Source of the DNA: Octopus vulgaris
Taxonomy: Eukaryota
Direction: 5' to 3'
Length of the DNA stretch: 64,000 nt
Assembly (NCBI GenBank): GCA_951406725.2
Contig: OX597831.1
Coordinates: 63,488,001-63,552,000 of the forward strand
Every line of letters begins with the position of its first letter. Within the stretch, counting starts at the first letter, position 1. This document shows positions 1 through 14,100 of the stretch, in pieces. The translations under genes and the position numbers were made by a program. Below the pieces are notes generated by a model that saw only the letters and a list, made by a program, of their open reading frames with translations, had not been told where the DNA came from and made no database searches.

Positions 1-814
1 ACTCTATACTGCTGTTCATTAAAAAGTGAGAGAAACTGGAATACGATGATTACTTAATGCACTTTATATATACATTGTATATACTTTATGCACAATTTTA
101 TAGATTTAATACACAGACTCATAAAATATTATTCCCTCTTATATTCCCATTTTCCCATAAACAAGAAATTATCCCGTACATGTGGTACAACCTTTAGTTA
201 ATTGCATATATCTGCCTTGTAAATAAACGTGAATATTTCACGGAATTGCACTTATGTGCATGTGTTAAGTGATAGATATATAAAAAAACATTTTTTACTA
301 TCCTCGCACCACCACTACCATCATCTCCCTCCTCTCCCCTCTCTCCCTCCTCTCCCCCTCTCACTCAGCCTTTCTTTAATCTTACCATCAGAACATCACC
401 CATCTGCTAAAATTATATTTCTAACTCTCTTTCTCTATATCACTACGTTCGACTAGCTTTTTAAACCACGTAATAGATATTACGCTTCCTCTACTACAGG
501 TCATGGACGTTCGTTTTCTCTCTCTCTCTCTCTCTCTTTCTGTTTCACTCTTTCCCTTATGTCCCTTTTCCTCTCTCCTTTCTCTTTCTCCTCTACTTCC
601 CTTCAACTAATCACTTGATAAGCGTTACAATTGCATTCCCGCCACCTCACCTCATGGACGCTTCTCTCTTTTTCTCTTCCACACTTTTCTTTCTCTCTCA
701 TTTTTTCTAATCACGGGAAAGCGTTGCCTACGAGCTAAGTAAGGTAGTAATAAAACTTGACAATCAGACAATCAGACTAAGCTGGAATTTCATTAATTAA
801 TATATTCTTCTATA

Positions 815-1020
815 AGGTGATGGGCTGACAGAAACGTTAGCACGCCGGGCGAAATGCTTAGCGTTATTTCGTCTATCTTTACGTCCTGAGTTCATCCTAT
901 CGGGAGTCTCTCATCTTTTCGGGGTCGATAAATTAAGTACCAGTTGCGCACTAGTGTCAATCTAATCGACAGGCTCCCTCCCCCAAAAATTCGTGCCTTC
1001 TGCCTAGAGTAGAAAAGAAT
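815..1020 (+). mobile_element. tRNA-derived SINE, family B (diverged copy)
   Basis: Head 'gctgacagaaacgttagcacgccgggcgaaatgc' and core 'tttcggggtcgataaattaagtaccagttgcgcact' are shared with many other copies in the window. Confidence 0.75.
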
Positions 1021-1066
1021 ATAATCTTCTATAAACAATCATAAAAACTCGGATATCTATCTATCC

Positions 1067-1110
<44 letters not shown>

Positions 1111-1113
<3 letters not shown>

Positions 1114-1520
1114 TGCAGGAGTGGCTGTGTGGTAAGTAACTTGCTTCCCAACCACATGGTTCCGGGTTCAGTCCCACTGCGTGGCACCTTGGGAAAGTGT
1201 CTTCTACTATAGCCTCGGGCCGACCAAAGCCTTGTGAGTAGATTTGGTAGACGGAAAGTGAAAGAAGCCCTTCATATATATGTATATGTATGTATATATG
1301 CGTGTGTGTGTTTGTGTCTGTGTTTGTCCTCCCCAACATCACTTGACAACCGATGTCGGTGTGTTTACGTCACCGTAACTTAGCCGTTCGGCAAAAGAGA
1401 CCGATAGAATAAGTACTAGGCTTACAAAGAAAAAGACTTGGGGTCGATTTGCTCGACTAAAGGTGGTGCTCCAGCATGGCCGCAGTCAAATGACTGAAAC
1501 AAGTAAAAGAGTAAAGAGAG
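1111..1520 (+). mobile_element. tRNA-derived SINE, family A (full length, internal TA/TG microsatellite)
   Basis: Pol III A-box-like 'gtggctgtgtggt', B-box-like 'gggttcagtccc', CORE-like 'ccttgggaaagt' and tail 'ccagcatggccgcagtcaaatgactgaaacaagtaaaaga'. Near-identical copies at 4858, 37428 and 46432. Confidence 0.9.
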
Positions 1521-2743
1521 AGTATATATATATATATATATACTCTCTCTTTAGTATATATATATACACATTATGAGCCAGGGATGGCTCGAGAAGGAAC
1601 AAACAACAACAGCGTATATATACGTATATACATGCATGCATACATGTATAAAAGTATGTTTATATGTATATTGATATACATATATATTGATATACATTTC
1701 ATATATGTTGTATTTAAATAATTCAAATATGTTGGTTGAGCTGTTGCGGCTGGAATGACATTGTCATATTCCCTTTTAGAGTAGGGTATTGCAGCCGAGG
1801 CAATATTTTAAGAAGTCAAAGTAAACCGTTTGGATTTGTTACAAATGATATAAACATTGTATTTTAAATACTAAGTTTATGCAGATTTCAGATTATTCGC
1901 CTTGTGACGATCTGACCCATTGCTGAATATTTTATTTTCCACTGCCGCCGGGTATTTTTCTAGTATAAAATATAGTCATAAAAATCAATAAACTCGCAGG
2001 TTACATCAGATACATGGATGACAAATATATCTTTATTGCTATGAAGAGACTCGAAAAATCTTAACAAACTCAGAAAGAAACGTGAAAAATAACTATATTC
2101 TTTGCTTTAGCATCAAATTCAGCTTAGGTAAAAATTCAGGTGATTCGATAAGCATATTTCTGTATATAAATGTAAGGATATGGACTAACACATATCGGTA
2201 TACATAAAACCACAAATAAATTCCAATACATGCATACAGGTAGTAAATGTCCACATGCATATAAAATGTCAGTTCTAGAAACTCTAGTGAAAAGCACTTA
2301 AAAAGGAAATTAATATAATAAAACAAAAGCCGACCAATAGTAGATATGGAAATAATTTAGGTTGTTTTATTCTTCAGGGCAACCAAACTTACTGACAAAC
2401 TCACCTGTATTTTATTACCATTGAAGTTCATGAATTTCGATAACTTCGATCGCCGTAGGGAGAACAGAAATCTGACGTTACAGGGCAGACCACACGTTTG
2501 CGAGAAAGAAAATGACACCTTTTATTATCGTTGATGGCTTATGCTGATTCTCACCTTTTCCACGGAATCTAGATTTTACTCCTTGAAATAATGTAGAACA
2601 CCAGCTTATAGAAAAATGCAGAAATAAATGCACTGTAAAGTATTCAAGCGAAGTAACACCCAGAAACACAAACTACACATAAATTATATTGCATGAAACA
2701 TATGCACACAAACTATAGGAATGGTCGAATACATTATTAAGAA

Positions 2744-2864
2744 GTGACGTATATTTGCCATTTAAATATGGCTAACCCTTAAGGGTGGATGCTACTGTAG
2801 TTTATAGCCCCAGTAGCATCCACCCTTAGGGGTTAGCCATATTTAAAAGGCAAATATACGTCAC
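2744..2864. repeat. Near-perfect 121-bp hairpin (about 54-bp arms, 13-nt loop)
   Basis: 'gtgacgtatatttgccatttaaatatggctaacccttaagggtggatgctactg' pairs with 'cagtagcatccacccttaggggttagccatatttaaaaggcaaatatacgtcac' with 2 mismatches. Confidence 0.9.
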
Positions 2865-4122
2865 GATGTGTTGCAGCTACTGTTTATAACTCGCTCTAAG
2901 ATTTATTATTATTAAAAAGAAATTATCGAAATTTATACAACATGCACAGGTGGCAGCAGTCAATCTTCAAATCTTCTAACTGAAACAAGGCAGCTGTATT
3001 TCCGTTGGTTTTTCAAATTGCTGACACTATCTCACGGCTGCATCTCCTGAAAAAAATTGTCACCGTTTTTCGGTAGCGGTGTATGGTTTGAACTCAGAAA
3101 TAGCAGTTGGGACAGCTATCTCAAGACATCTATTCGATAATCAATCCATTCGGTAATTCTATGGCCCTGGATTGATGCATTTTCATCGATCCTGAAAAGA
3201 TGAACGGCAAAGTTGATCTCAGAAAGATTTGAATTCAAAGATCAGAAATATCGGAGTAAATACGGCAAGATACTCAATAAAACCTTCTAATGACTCTCAT
3301 AATTTATGGTTAGGAGTACATAACAAAAGCGCAAAACTTCTAAAGTCTTCGCACCAACTGAAGATCTTCATGCTGTTGGAAGTAAACCTGAAAATTCTTC
3401 TCTCAAACTGTTACATTCAATATACAAATGGGAGACATTTTCGTCGGTTCGATGTTGTTATTACGCTGTCTCATCCTACTTTCGACCATATACATACAGT
3501 GACCAGAGGCGGAACAAGAAATGCTATTGCTACATCAAGTAACTTTTCATCTGATCGCTACAACTGGTGACTCCAACGTGAGAAACTTGCATTCGTATAT
3601 GACATATGATGACATTTTGTGACCCTGTGCATTACATTTGGTAACTTCAACGTAATACATATCTTACTGTTACAAACACACACACACACACACACTCAGA
3701 TATATATATATATATATCATCATATCGAAAGGAAATGGAAATTAACAGAAATTTTCACTTCCAGTGGCCTAGCGTGTAAAAATTTAGTCCAAAGACTATG
3801 TATTACTCATAAATTACGGTACACATTTAGACACATAAGAGGAATCCACTCATGGGATTCATCACGCTAGAAAGAACAGACAGGTTCTAAAACCACAAAA
3901 TTAGGGATAAAATTCCGAAAGGAACGAAATGAAAAACAAAAATTTTTACCATCTAGTTTCCTGGGCCAATTGGTTTCATATTTTAGTTTAGCAAATAGGA
4001 TAATTTGCTAGGTGAAATCGTCATCAACAGGTACACCTCAGATTAAATATATACACATGAGGCAATCAATTACATTTCTCTTGTTTATACATGCATACAT
4101 ACGTACATGCATACATACATAT

Positions 4123-4195
<73 letters not shown>

Positions 4196-4857
4196 CGACC
4201 AATGAGATCATTAATAGAATTTCTGAAAGACTCTCAAGATGCTTACCTTCATATAAATACACTTTCGCACAATGCAGTGGGAATGAATTTGAGTAACTTA
4301 ACATAATTCACCTTAAGGTATGGATGAATTAAATTTAGTTCTAACCTCCCCATTCTCATAAACACCAACCAGCTATTTAATTCTCTACGTGAACGTATGT
4401 ATACCAAAATACACGTGTGCCTATGCTTACATCTTCGGGAAATCTTGTATGAGCAAGTGTACATGCACTATACAGCCTACGCGAGGGCGTTTATACATCT
4501 GTATCCGTTAACGGTTATATTTAATACTGTTTTCGCTGTAGTGCGTGTTCGTTTCTCTTTTGAATTTGTTATTTCTTTATTGATCTTCTATATAAATGAA
4601 GCTATATCCTTTAATTTGCTGTTTGTCATTTTTTTTACAGGAACTGAGAAGATACATTGCGGAACTGCTATTTTAACGAGTTATATCTACTTATCACCTG
4701 AAGAGACACATCTATACTGTCAGATGCTCCTGAACCAGTTGTTAAGTATCCCACTAGTGAGGGACCGATTCTAGATGGGTCGAAAAAATGGTAGTGATTA
4801 ATAAAAATTCTCGTATCTTCCATCCATCTTCCCTCTTTCATATTTCTACTTTTTCTC

Positions 4858-5068
4858 TTTTCTCTTTTACTTGTTTCAGTCATTTGACTGCGGCCATGCT
4901 GGAGCACCGCATTTAGTCGAGCAAATCGACCCCGGGACTTATTCTTTGTAAGCCCAGTACTTATTCTATCGGTCTCTTTTGCCGAACCGCTAAGTGACGA
5001 GGACGTAAACACACCAGCATCGGTTGTCAAGCAATGCTAGAGGGACAAACACAGACACTCAAACATAT

Positions 5069-5157
<89 letters not shown>

Positions 5158-5318
5158 TACGACAGGCTTCTTTCAGTTTCCGTCTACCAAATCCACTCAC
5201 AAGGCTGTGGTCGGCCCGGGGCTATAGCAGAAGACACTTGCCCAAGATGCCACGCAGTGGGACTGAATCCTGAACCATGTGGTTGCTTAGCAAGCTACTT
5301 ACCACACAGCCACTCCTG
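4858..5318 (-). mobile_element. SINE family A (full length)
   Basis: Reverse complement of the 1111-1520 element, including the internal (TA)n. Confidence 0.9.
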
Positions 5319-6174
5319 AATATGCATAACAACAAAAGGATGAGACCTCGATATATATTCATGCGCGTGCAGGCTTTTATGAGATTGGGGTATAAAAATA
5401 GCCGACTGATATTGGTCGAGAATTACGATTCGCCATCGTACTACCCTTGGTTTGCCCCCATTGTTCAACGCGGTGTTTGTCTTGTGTTATACATTCGCGT
5501 TTACTCTGAACTTGTCAAAGGGAAAATTAGTAAACGGAGGCTGCATGAAAATGTTTTAGATGGAGGAGGTTTTAGAACCATCAAGAGGTATACGAAATAA
5601 ATATGGACCCCATCGGAATGACAGTAACAATGATTCCAAGCCCAGCTATGTCATAGTTCCGCACAGAGTTTATGAAAGGGTTCAGTCTCTGTAGAATAAG
5701 CAGCGACCTCGTGTAGAAGTTTCCGTCGTTCGAACAAATAATACAACGATCATTTAACGGGAAATAAACTTCAAAAAAGTTTCATCCTATATTAGTACAT
5801 GTCCTTGTAATGCTAAGACTGTCTTACCATTCTAAGTAACACTAGAAACAAAAAAAGTACCAACCTACCGTCTTGTCTAACAAGTAATATATTACTCCAT
5901 AGTTCCTTTATAAGGGAAATAGTTCTTGCTTCAATATTTTTCAGGGCAATTGTTTTAAACTAAATTAAACGAAGTAATATAATTATTACAAGGGAAACCA
6001 AAGTAAGCTAATTATATATATTGTATTTGAAGACTCAGAATAAACAACACTTTAAATGAAATCAATTAGGTAAAGTGAACAATTTTAAAGCAATAAGGAA
6101 TATTTATCGGAAGAAATGATTTGAAATTGTTCTAATGGTTTTTAACAGCAGCGGTTTACACGTATACGTAGATT

Positions 6175-6223
6175 TATATATACATACCGTCATACATACA
6201 TACATGCATGCATACATACATAC

Positions 6224-6254
<31 letters not shown>

Positions 6255-6435
6255 CATACATACATACATACATGCAGACATACATATATACATACATACA
6301 TGCATACATATATGCATACATATATGCATACATATATGCATACATATGTACATACGTGCATGCATGCATACAAACATAAATAGACATATATATATACATA
6401 TTTACATATACACATGTGCACATAGGTAGATATTC

Positions 6436-6480
<45 letters not shown>
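6175..6480. repeat. (TACA)n / (TA)n compound microsatellite
   Basis: Directly visible repeat tract. Confidence 0.9.
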
Positions 6481-6484
<4 letters not shown>

Positions 6485-6999
6485 CATCTACATATAGATT
6501 TAGGCATATATATGAATATATATATTAGATAAATATATAGAGAGAGACAGAGGCAAAGAGAGAGAGAGTGAGGGGGAAGAATAAGAAGAGTGTCTTTATA
6601 AATATATGTGCATATACATGTGTATATTTTTGTGTCTTTGTATTTGTGAATGAGAAAACTTCATTGTAGACGAGTCGAAAATAAAAGAGAACTCGATACC
6701 GAGAATAAACAGTCAGAATATAATTATTAAGCAGAAACTTCAAAGTTCGTGACTGAGTTTTACTTCTCTAATTCTAGAGCAAAATCCGCCATCTTAACTA
6801 AAGCTATCTTAGACGATTCAAAAAGCGTCGTTCATGATCAAGTATAACAAAATGCAAGAAATAAGAAAGGACAGGATTTGTGAGAAAATGATTTAGTGCA
6901 ATACCTAGTGAGAAAAAGAAAATAAACTTCAATTTGAGAATATGCTCCAAATTGGCTTTTCAGTAATAAAAACATTTTGGTAATAAAAAATACTCTACA

Positions 7000-8300
7000 A
7001 ATTGAAACAGAGAAGAGGTGGGTTAAGGAAAAACAAAGATTGAAACTTAGATTAAAAATATCAGAATCTTCCTACTGGGAAATTTTTTCACACAGATCCA
7101 GACCTTTCTCATGAAAATTACTTAGCAACTTGCTTCGATTTATATGAATAATTAATATGGATATTGCTCTTCGAATTGAAGTTATTCTCGTTCTGCAGCA
7201 AAGCAGAAATATTTTCCATAAAGCTAGTGTGTGACGACTTAGCTTCTCTTATTTGTTTGTACGAAAGGAAGGATGGACTAGTCTATACTAAAATGGCTGT
7301 CGCTATTTTACCCTAATCCCTAAATATGTTTCAGGAGTTCGGTATTAAATAAAATATTGTTCAAGTGAAATATTGTCTTAAATTCGTTTTCTGTCACTCC
7401 GGCGTAGCATTTTCTCTGTAAACTATCGTTTAATTCTATCATGGCGCAGAACAGTAATGAAGTGGCAATACAATTTCTATGAAACAGGCAGTTTTGAAAG
7501 AATTTACAATTGCACCTGCTATTAGTGATGGAATTACTATTATTTGACTGATGTTTGACAATAATTAAATTAATAAACCTACTGAAATTTCAACTGGAAA
7601 TGCAAGAAACTAAGATTGAATTCCCATTAAAGATAAGAGCTCTTTTGTCTTGTAAAATGAAGTTAGATTAGCTTAAATAATCCTTTCGCTATATTCGCAA
7701 GAACTATCAAGCCGAAAAATTGATTATACCGCAGAAGTTTCTTGCTTCTATTCCTACATGTAGGAGATAACGACCAAACGTTTCATTATAGAATTCCAAA
7801 TATATTGTAAAATCCTTTAAAGTGTCTACGACTGAAGTTAGGGACAATCTGCAGCTAATAGCACTGGAGACTAAATTATGGAGCATATTTGCCGGATCAT
7901 TAGAACCTTTATTTTCATGAAGTAACCTTTCATTGCGTTTATGGTGAGGGAAGGATGTATTCGTTTACGTATAATGTTGTCCAGAAAAGTTTACTCTCAA
8001 CGCCGATTTTAAATTCTAATTCCCTCAACAGTGAAATAACATCATTTTAGATTAAACTATATTTTGTCCAAGTCGGTCGTCACAATAACACACCGTCCAA
8101 TATTGGGAACTTTGCGTGCAACAAATTTAAAACACGTAAATTGGATTTCTCATACCTCTGTAACATGGAAATTACCCATAGCGACAACAGACGAATTCTT
8201 TATATCCTTTTTCCCTAGGTTGTCTTCTCTAAAAATAATAGAGACATCTTATAGTTCAGAATAACATCTGCTTTGTTAATGGAAGAGTTTTATTGGCAAA
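7000..8300 (-). pseudogene. Possible highly decayed LINE (APE endonuclease to RT region)
   Basis: Minus-strand translation near 8190-8160 gives 'SSVVAMGNFH', similar to the GDFN motif. A weak YRPIS-like remnant lies near 7290. Many stops. Confidence 0.3.
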
Positions 8301-8669
8301 TGATAAAACTTGTAGCAGATACAATTTAGTGAAACAGGGATAGAAGTCCACATTACGAAGCTTTAAATATCTGAAAATCTCTTATTCCATAACCAGTTAT
8401 TTTTCTAACATTAAAATAAGATTTTCTTGATAAGTATATCTACATCTGTTTTTGCGGGTTTGATCAATTCAGAGTCAATAACGACGATAGATTACCATGT
8501 CTTGTAAAATCAGTAAGGTCTAACCTTGTTCTAACTTATGAGAAGTAAAAGAATTTCTCTGGTGTTATTTGCGGGAATCTGGAAAACGATGATCTGAGAA
8601 TCACTCGATTAATCTACACTTAAAATGAAATTATTCATATAATTCATAGGTGTAATTTGTTTTAAAAAT

Positions 8670-8985
8670 GGCACTCGATCGGTTCCGACGACGAAGGCAC
8701 CAGTTGATCCGATCAACGGAATACCCTGCACGTGAAATTAACGTGCAAATGGCTGAGCACTCCAAACATGCATACCTTTAACATAGTTCTCAGGAATATT
8801 CAGTGTGACACAGAATGTGACACGGCTGGCCTATTGAAATACAGGTACTACTCATTTTTGCCAGATGAGTGGACTGGAGCAACGTGAAATAAAGTGTCTT
8901 GCTCAAGGATACAACGTGCCGCCGGCAATCGGACTGGCAGCTTTCCGTGTGCGTGCCAAATATTCTAACCACTAAACCACGCACC
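8670..8985 (-). mobile_element. tRNA-derived SINE, family D
   Basis: Minus-strand head 'gtgcgtggtttagtggttaga' and CORE-like 'ccttgagcaagacactttatttcacgttgctccagtccactc'. Tail shared with 63165-63378. Confidence 0.75.
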
Positions 8986-9364
8986 TTTACTAGGCGCGAT
9001 ATGAAAGGGACAAGTGAGTATTTAATCTCTATAGGTTCTAGTAAAAAGATTTATAAAAACTAACACGAGATATTTTGAATGTTCTGACTATGGTATATTT
9101 TATAAATATTTTTGTTTCTTTTATAGAAAATATTTACTTGATGAGAATAAACAGAAATCTTGTGATTAGCTACAGAAAAATTAAATGTTTCTTTGGACGG
9201 TAACGGAATTTTGCTGTTAAATTTCGGGAATGCAATATTTCATAAGAGGTTGAATAAATATTTTTCAAATAATTTGGGATATTTAGGTAGGCTTTTGCAT
9301 GACTTAAAGACATATTTATCGACACTATCTGAAGCACGTGTGCCATTATCAAAGACGTATCATT

Positions 9365-9545
9365 TCTATTTCGTCCTTTACGTTCCGAGTTCAAATTCCG
9401 CCGAGGTCGACTTTGCCTTTCATCCTTTCGGGGTCGATAAATTAAGTACCAGTTACGCACTGAGGTCGATGGAATCGACTTAATCCCTTTGTCTGTCCTT
9501 ATTTGTCCATTCTGTGTTTAGCCCCTTGTGGGTAGTAAAAAAATA
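9365..9545 (+). mobile_element. SINE family B, 5'-truncated
   Basis: 'gagttcaaattccgccgaggtcgactttgcctttcatcctttcggggtcgataaattaagtacc...ccccttgtgggtagtaaa'. Confidence 0.85.
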
Positions 9546-10344
9546 TATTTCGTCCTTTTTACGAAGTTTTCTGTTTTCTCAAATAAAAACTTTAAGTAAT
9601 ATTTCTCAGACGGTACGGCAATATCTTAGTTTATAAAATATAACGTGTATCGTTTCATATTCACATGATTAAATCCATCTTGTTACAGTTTACATGTTTG
9701 TTGATGGACAGCCAGGTCAAACGAAACACAACGACAAAACATATTGATGCTATGAAAACTACCTGTCCTAAACTTATCACTGATTAATCAACAGTAACCG
9801 TCACCCGCCACAAATATTTCCATGATAATTCTGTTTTAGATACAAAATTTAATTCAACCTCATCCATGGCCTAAGAAGCAAATAATTATTTTCTCTCGGT
9901 GCTGCAAAAGAGCGCTTTCCTTGTATTTTGTCTGATTTCCAGAAAACTTATCAGAACCATTGTGTGAATATGAATAAAAACTAGTACAAAGAAGTCATCA
10001 ACAATGCAGAAATTTTTCCATTCTCTTGGCAACAGGTGACGTTCCACTGTATCAATATTTTGGGTTTGGTGCCTCTAAGCATAAGACAGCAAAAAATTGA
10101 AAAAAGAGAGTTAAAATAAGATTCGGAATCAGGATGTCGACATTGATTGCCGAAAGAGACCTATGGGTAAGACAGTTGCTTTATTTCTCAAACCCGCTTT
10201 GTCCTGGCGCTCTTCAGACTTTTTTTTACCAATCGATAAATATTTGCCGTGACATTTTTTTAATTCACAGAATACTTCTAATACGACTTGTTATATAAAC
10301 TATACTACATATAAACAACTATACTGAATAGATAGAAAGATATG

Positions 10345-10395
<51 letters not shown>

Positions 10396-12889
10396 GTAAA
10401 TAGGTAGATAGATCGGTAGGTAGGTTGGTAGGTCGATAGATAGATAGATAGATAGATAATAATAGATAGATAGATGTGTGCGTATGTGTGTAATTGCGCA
10501 TGCATATGTGTATGTAAGTTTTATGCATGTGTGAGTGCATGTGTGTATGTGTGCGTGTGTGTGTGTGTGGGGGTGTTTGTGTGTCACTACTGAATTACTT
10601 AGCTGCATACATTACCGTTTCATGGTGTTCAGGATGATCAATAAATGACAACTATGCGTAGAAATATACGTAAACGTGCATGGAAACAATATACAAATAT
10701 GTCTGAAGCAAATTTCAGTCGTGATAGGTTTTAGCATTTAATACAGAAAGTTTCTCTCTATATAAAAGCTGCGAGAGTAGTTGAAAGCATGTCAGTGTTG
10801 AAACGACACGTGTGTATTTCTATTTTTCTCGAACAGTAACAATGGGTAGACGTCTTTCAGACGGATCTTATGGAATTAATCACAATTGTTTACAGGGGGG
10901 AATTCAACGAACTGAACGAATGTGTAGGAATTTGATGCGAATCAAATCAATACTTCCACACAACCAGGTAATTTCTATAAACTATATATTAAAGAAATAA
11001 ATGCTAATGAGGGTAACATGTTGCCAATAAGACTATATGTTCTTCTGGTTTAAACAGATGAGGAGGAGGAGGAGGAGGAGGAGGAGGAGGAGGTGGGGGA
11101 TGGAGGAGGAGGGAGATAGTGAAGAGAATAATTTTATGTTTGCTAAAAATGAATATTGCTTGATGGTGCCGAAGGTAATAAATATAATTGTAGCATGGGC
11201 TCAAAACCATAAATATAGGGAGAAGGTTTAGTTGAGATAATCAATATTTTATCCGTTGTTTTTTTTTTTTGTTTTTTGTTTTTTGTCTATTCTGAATGAA
11301 TAAAGGTTGTACAGTTAAAACTTAGATATAAAGAAACGTATCCTGAATACTACATGATCATTTTGTTCTCCATCTCTCAACCGAATATTCCAAGATACCA
11401 CCCCATATAACAACAACGATGTTAAGAACAAACAGTGTAGCATCAACATGAATAAGTGAACGCAGTTAGTCAGACATTATGATGGTACAAGAGCTGGGCA
11501 ATTTCTTTTTAATTCTCGGGCATAAACGAAAATAAACTGTTAGAAATAAACTATAAAATTTAAATATCAGGAATCCGATACCTGCTATTAACGCTTTTGT
11601 AGTTGCAGCCATAAAATATGGCTCTGTGAACAGGAACGAACAGAATTAGATTTTATTAACCGTAATACGAGAAGCCTAGCACCAAATCCCCACCCATATA
11701 CAATTTGTCTGACACCTAATTGTACATGAAAAGGTGGTATGAGATTATTGAATGTCAATGATTATTTAAGACCCATTAGTAATGCTGCTAACAATCTTTC
11801 CAATTAACACAAAGATAGCCTCCTACCGTACCCTCCTTGATCGGGATCGCACAAGCAACAGCAAATCAATTATTACTGCGCAACAAAATTCTCCCAATAT
11901 AAAATGTTGGCATAAGTCAGTAGCAACAAATAATATGTTTCTTTATTAGCCACACAGGGCTGCACACAGACGGGACAAATTACAAGGTAGAGCTTTTCTT
12001 TGGGGGATAAAAAAAGGGGGTTGTTTTTTTAATGGTATTAGTTGCAAACGAGGGAAAAAAAACTAACTGTAGTTTTGATTATCATTAAATGAGAATCACA
12101 ATATTGGCCCTTCATGAGTGGACTACCAACACTAAACAAGTTCCTATCAGAGAGAAGACAAAAGTTACCTGGGCAGTGTTGTTTTCATACAATGCATTGC
12201 TTGCGTTATATCAAAGAGTTTTAAGCTTTAACATTCACATAACTCTATCAACTGTAATACTTAGTTATTCGCATTGTTTTAAATTAATCATACATTATTT
12301 CAGAGCTTGAGATTTTGGTGATGAAATATTTATTTTTAGAAAGAAATTATTAAGTAGGCGCAAGAAACCAGATCTGACTACTTTGAACATAGGAAAGGTA
12401 GAATATTTGGGCCAGTTATGGCTGTTTTTAATGCTGAAGGGTAAAACTTGCTCCGACAGAATATACTTGAAGACTCAGTAATGGAGCACATAGAAAACGA
12501 CGAGCGAAAAGACTACGTGATTTTAGCATGCAGACCACCGAACAGCACTTAATAAACTTCACATTATTTTCCATAATAATAATAACCAAAGCGTACTTGT
12601 TATATAAATAGTAATACTAATTGATACTAATTCTGTGCAAAAGCGAGTTGAAAAGCAAACAAATTACATGGACCTGCCTGTTAAACTAAAAACATTGTGG
12701 CAACAAAAGGAATGTTGTTATAATTCTATTTGTATTTGGATTTGCTATGCTGGAAGAATACAAAGGGCGGTGAAGTAGCGGAGCGGTTAAAATATGAAAC
12801 TAGTTCACTTTTCAATACTTATTGTGTTTCCTTATCTTCTGAATTCTAATACTCTACATTATCATAATGTGACTCTCATCCTTTGTTGT

Positions 12890-13090
12890 GAAAAGTCGTC
12901 TACATTTCGGATTGCCTTCAGTAAATATTCATTTCAATTTGTAACATCGGTACTTCACATGATATTGTGTAGTGCTCCAACAATTGTTCCCTTGGGCTTC
13001 TCCCAACATTAGAAAAGTTTCCGTAAAATTTTCTTCTAGTTTGAAAAAAAAATTCACAAAAGCACGTTGCTCTTCTTTATCCTTCATATT
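12890..13090 (-). pseudogene. mariner transposase N-terminal (HTH) remnant
   Basis: MKDKEEQRAFVNFFFKLEENFTETFLMLGEAQGNNCWSTTQY matches the mariner start pattern EQRxxIKFCFKLGKxxTETxxMLxxAYGxxxxSRTQ. Confidence 0.8.
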
Positions 13091-13101
13091 GAATTTGCGA
13101 C

Positions 13102-13465
13102 GTTCCCACCGCCAATCTCCGACTTCGCCTGTCTCTGCGGCCCCTTCCATCTGTCCTTCTGCAACGGTGCTTGCGGTGGTTTGGCCATGCATATAGGCGT
13201 CCCGTGGGTGAACTGAGCCGTGATGTCCTTCCCCCAACTCGGGTGGGCAGCTGAAGACCTGGGCTACGACGATCAAGAAGGACTTCTCCGTGCTCACGGG
13301 TCCGCAGGTGGTCGGCCTGTGCCGATGGAACCGTGACTGGCTCGCTATCTCCAGTGAACTGGCGCAGGACTGTCATGCGTGGTCTGTCATGGTTCGAGAT
13401 GCCTCGAGGGTGGTAGAAGAAGCCGACTCAACCCGCCCAGGGTGAATGTCGCCACAAGTACAAGT
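13102..13465 (+). mobile_element. RTE-clade LINE 3' end, 5'-truncated
   Basis: Encodes LRWFGHA...GGQLKTWATTIKKDFSVLTGPQVVGLCRWNRDW...ELAQD..AW, followed by a (CAAGTA)2 tail. Flanked by the 10-bp TSD aatttgcgac/aacttgcgac. Confidence 0.85.
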
Positions 13466-14041
13466 AACTTGCGACAAATTCTCAGCTGTACTAAACATAA
13501 GCTTACTTTGGCATGTCTAGGTTCCGCAATAGTGAAGAGGTTGCGTCTTCTGGGTAAACAAGGTGTTTTAGAGTTCGGTTTCTGTTAATACAGGCCTTGT
13601 ATATATTGTCGTGTGACATGATACTCTACTTCTCTGTCTAGCAACACACTTTCAGCCTTATGTATTCCAACCACTTTAACTATTTTTATTTGAAATGTCC
13701 ACAAACAAAATGGACGAAATCAGTTATGTGTAAGTTAGAGATATCTAATATATTTAAATGTATATACATATATACATACATATATATATATGTGTGTGTG
13801 TACATGTGTGTGTGTGCATATCCATATATTAGCCTTCTTGTCTATCCAGTGGGATAGTATCAACCCAAGGCTGAAAATATGAGAAGCACCTTGTGACCAG
13901 CGATGTATAACAGCATCATATAATCTGGTCATTAACTCGATGCCATGATAAATACATATATAGACACACACAAATACACACACACACACAGATATATATT
14001 TTAGAAATTGGTATTATATACCCTACCTAATCTTAAATTAC

Positions 14042-14078
<37 letters not shown>

Positions 14079-14100
14079 AAATATATATATATATATATAT

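Noticed and set aside
4628-4796. Exon-like segment (ttttttttacag ... g|gtagtg)
   Set aside because: All three frames contain stops and no partner exons were identified. It could be a UTR or non-coding exon but cannot be supported.
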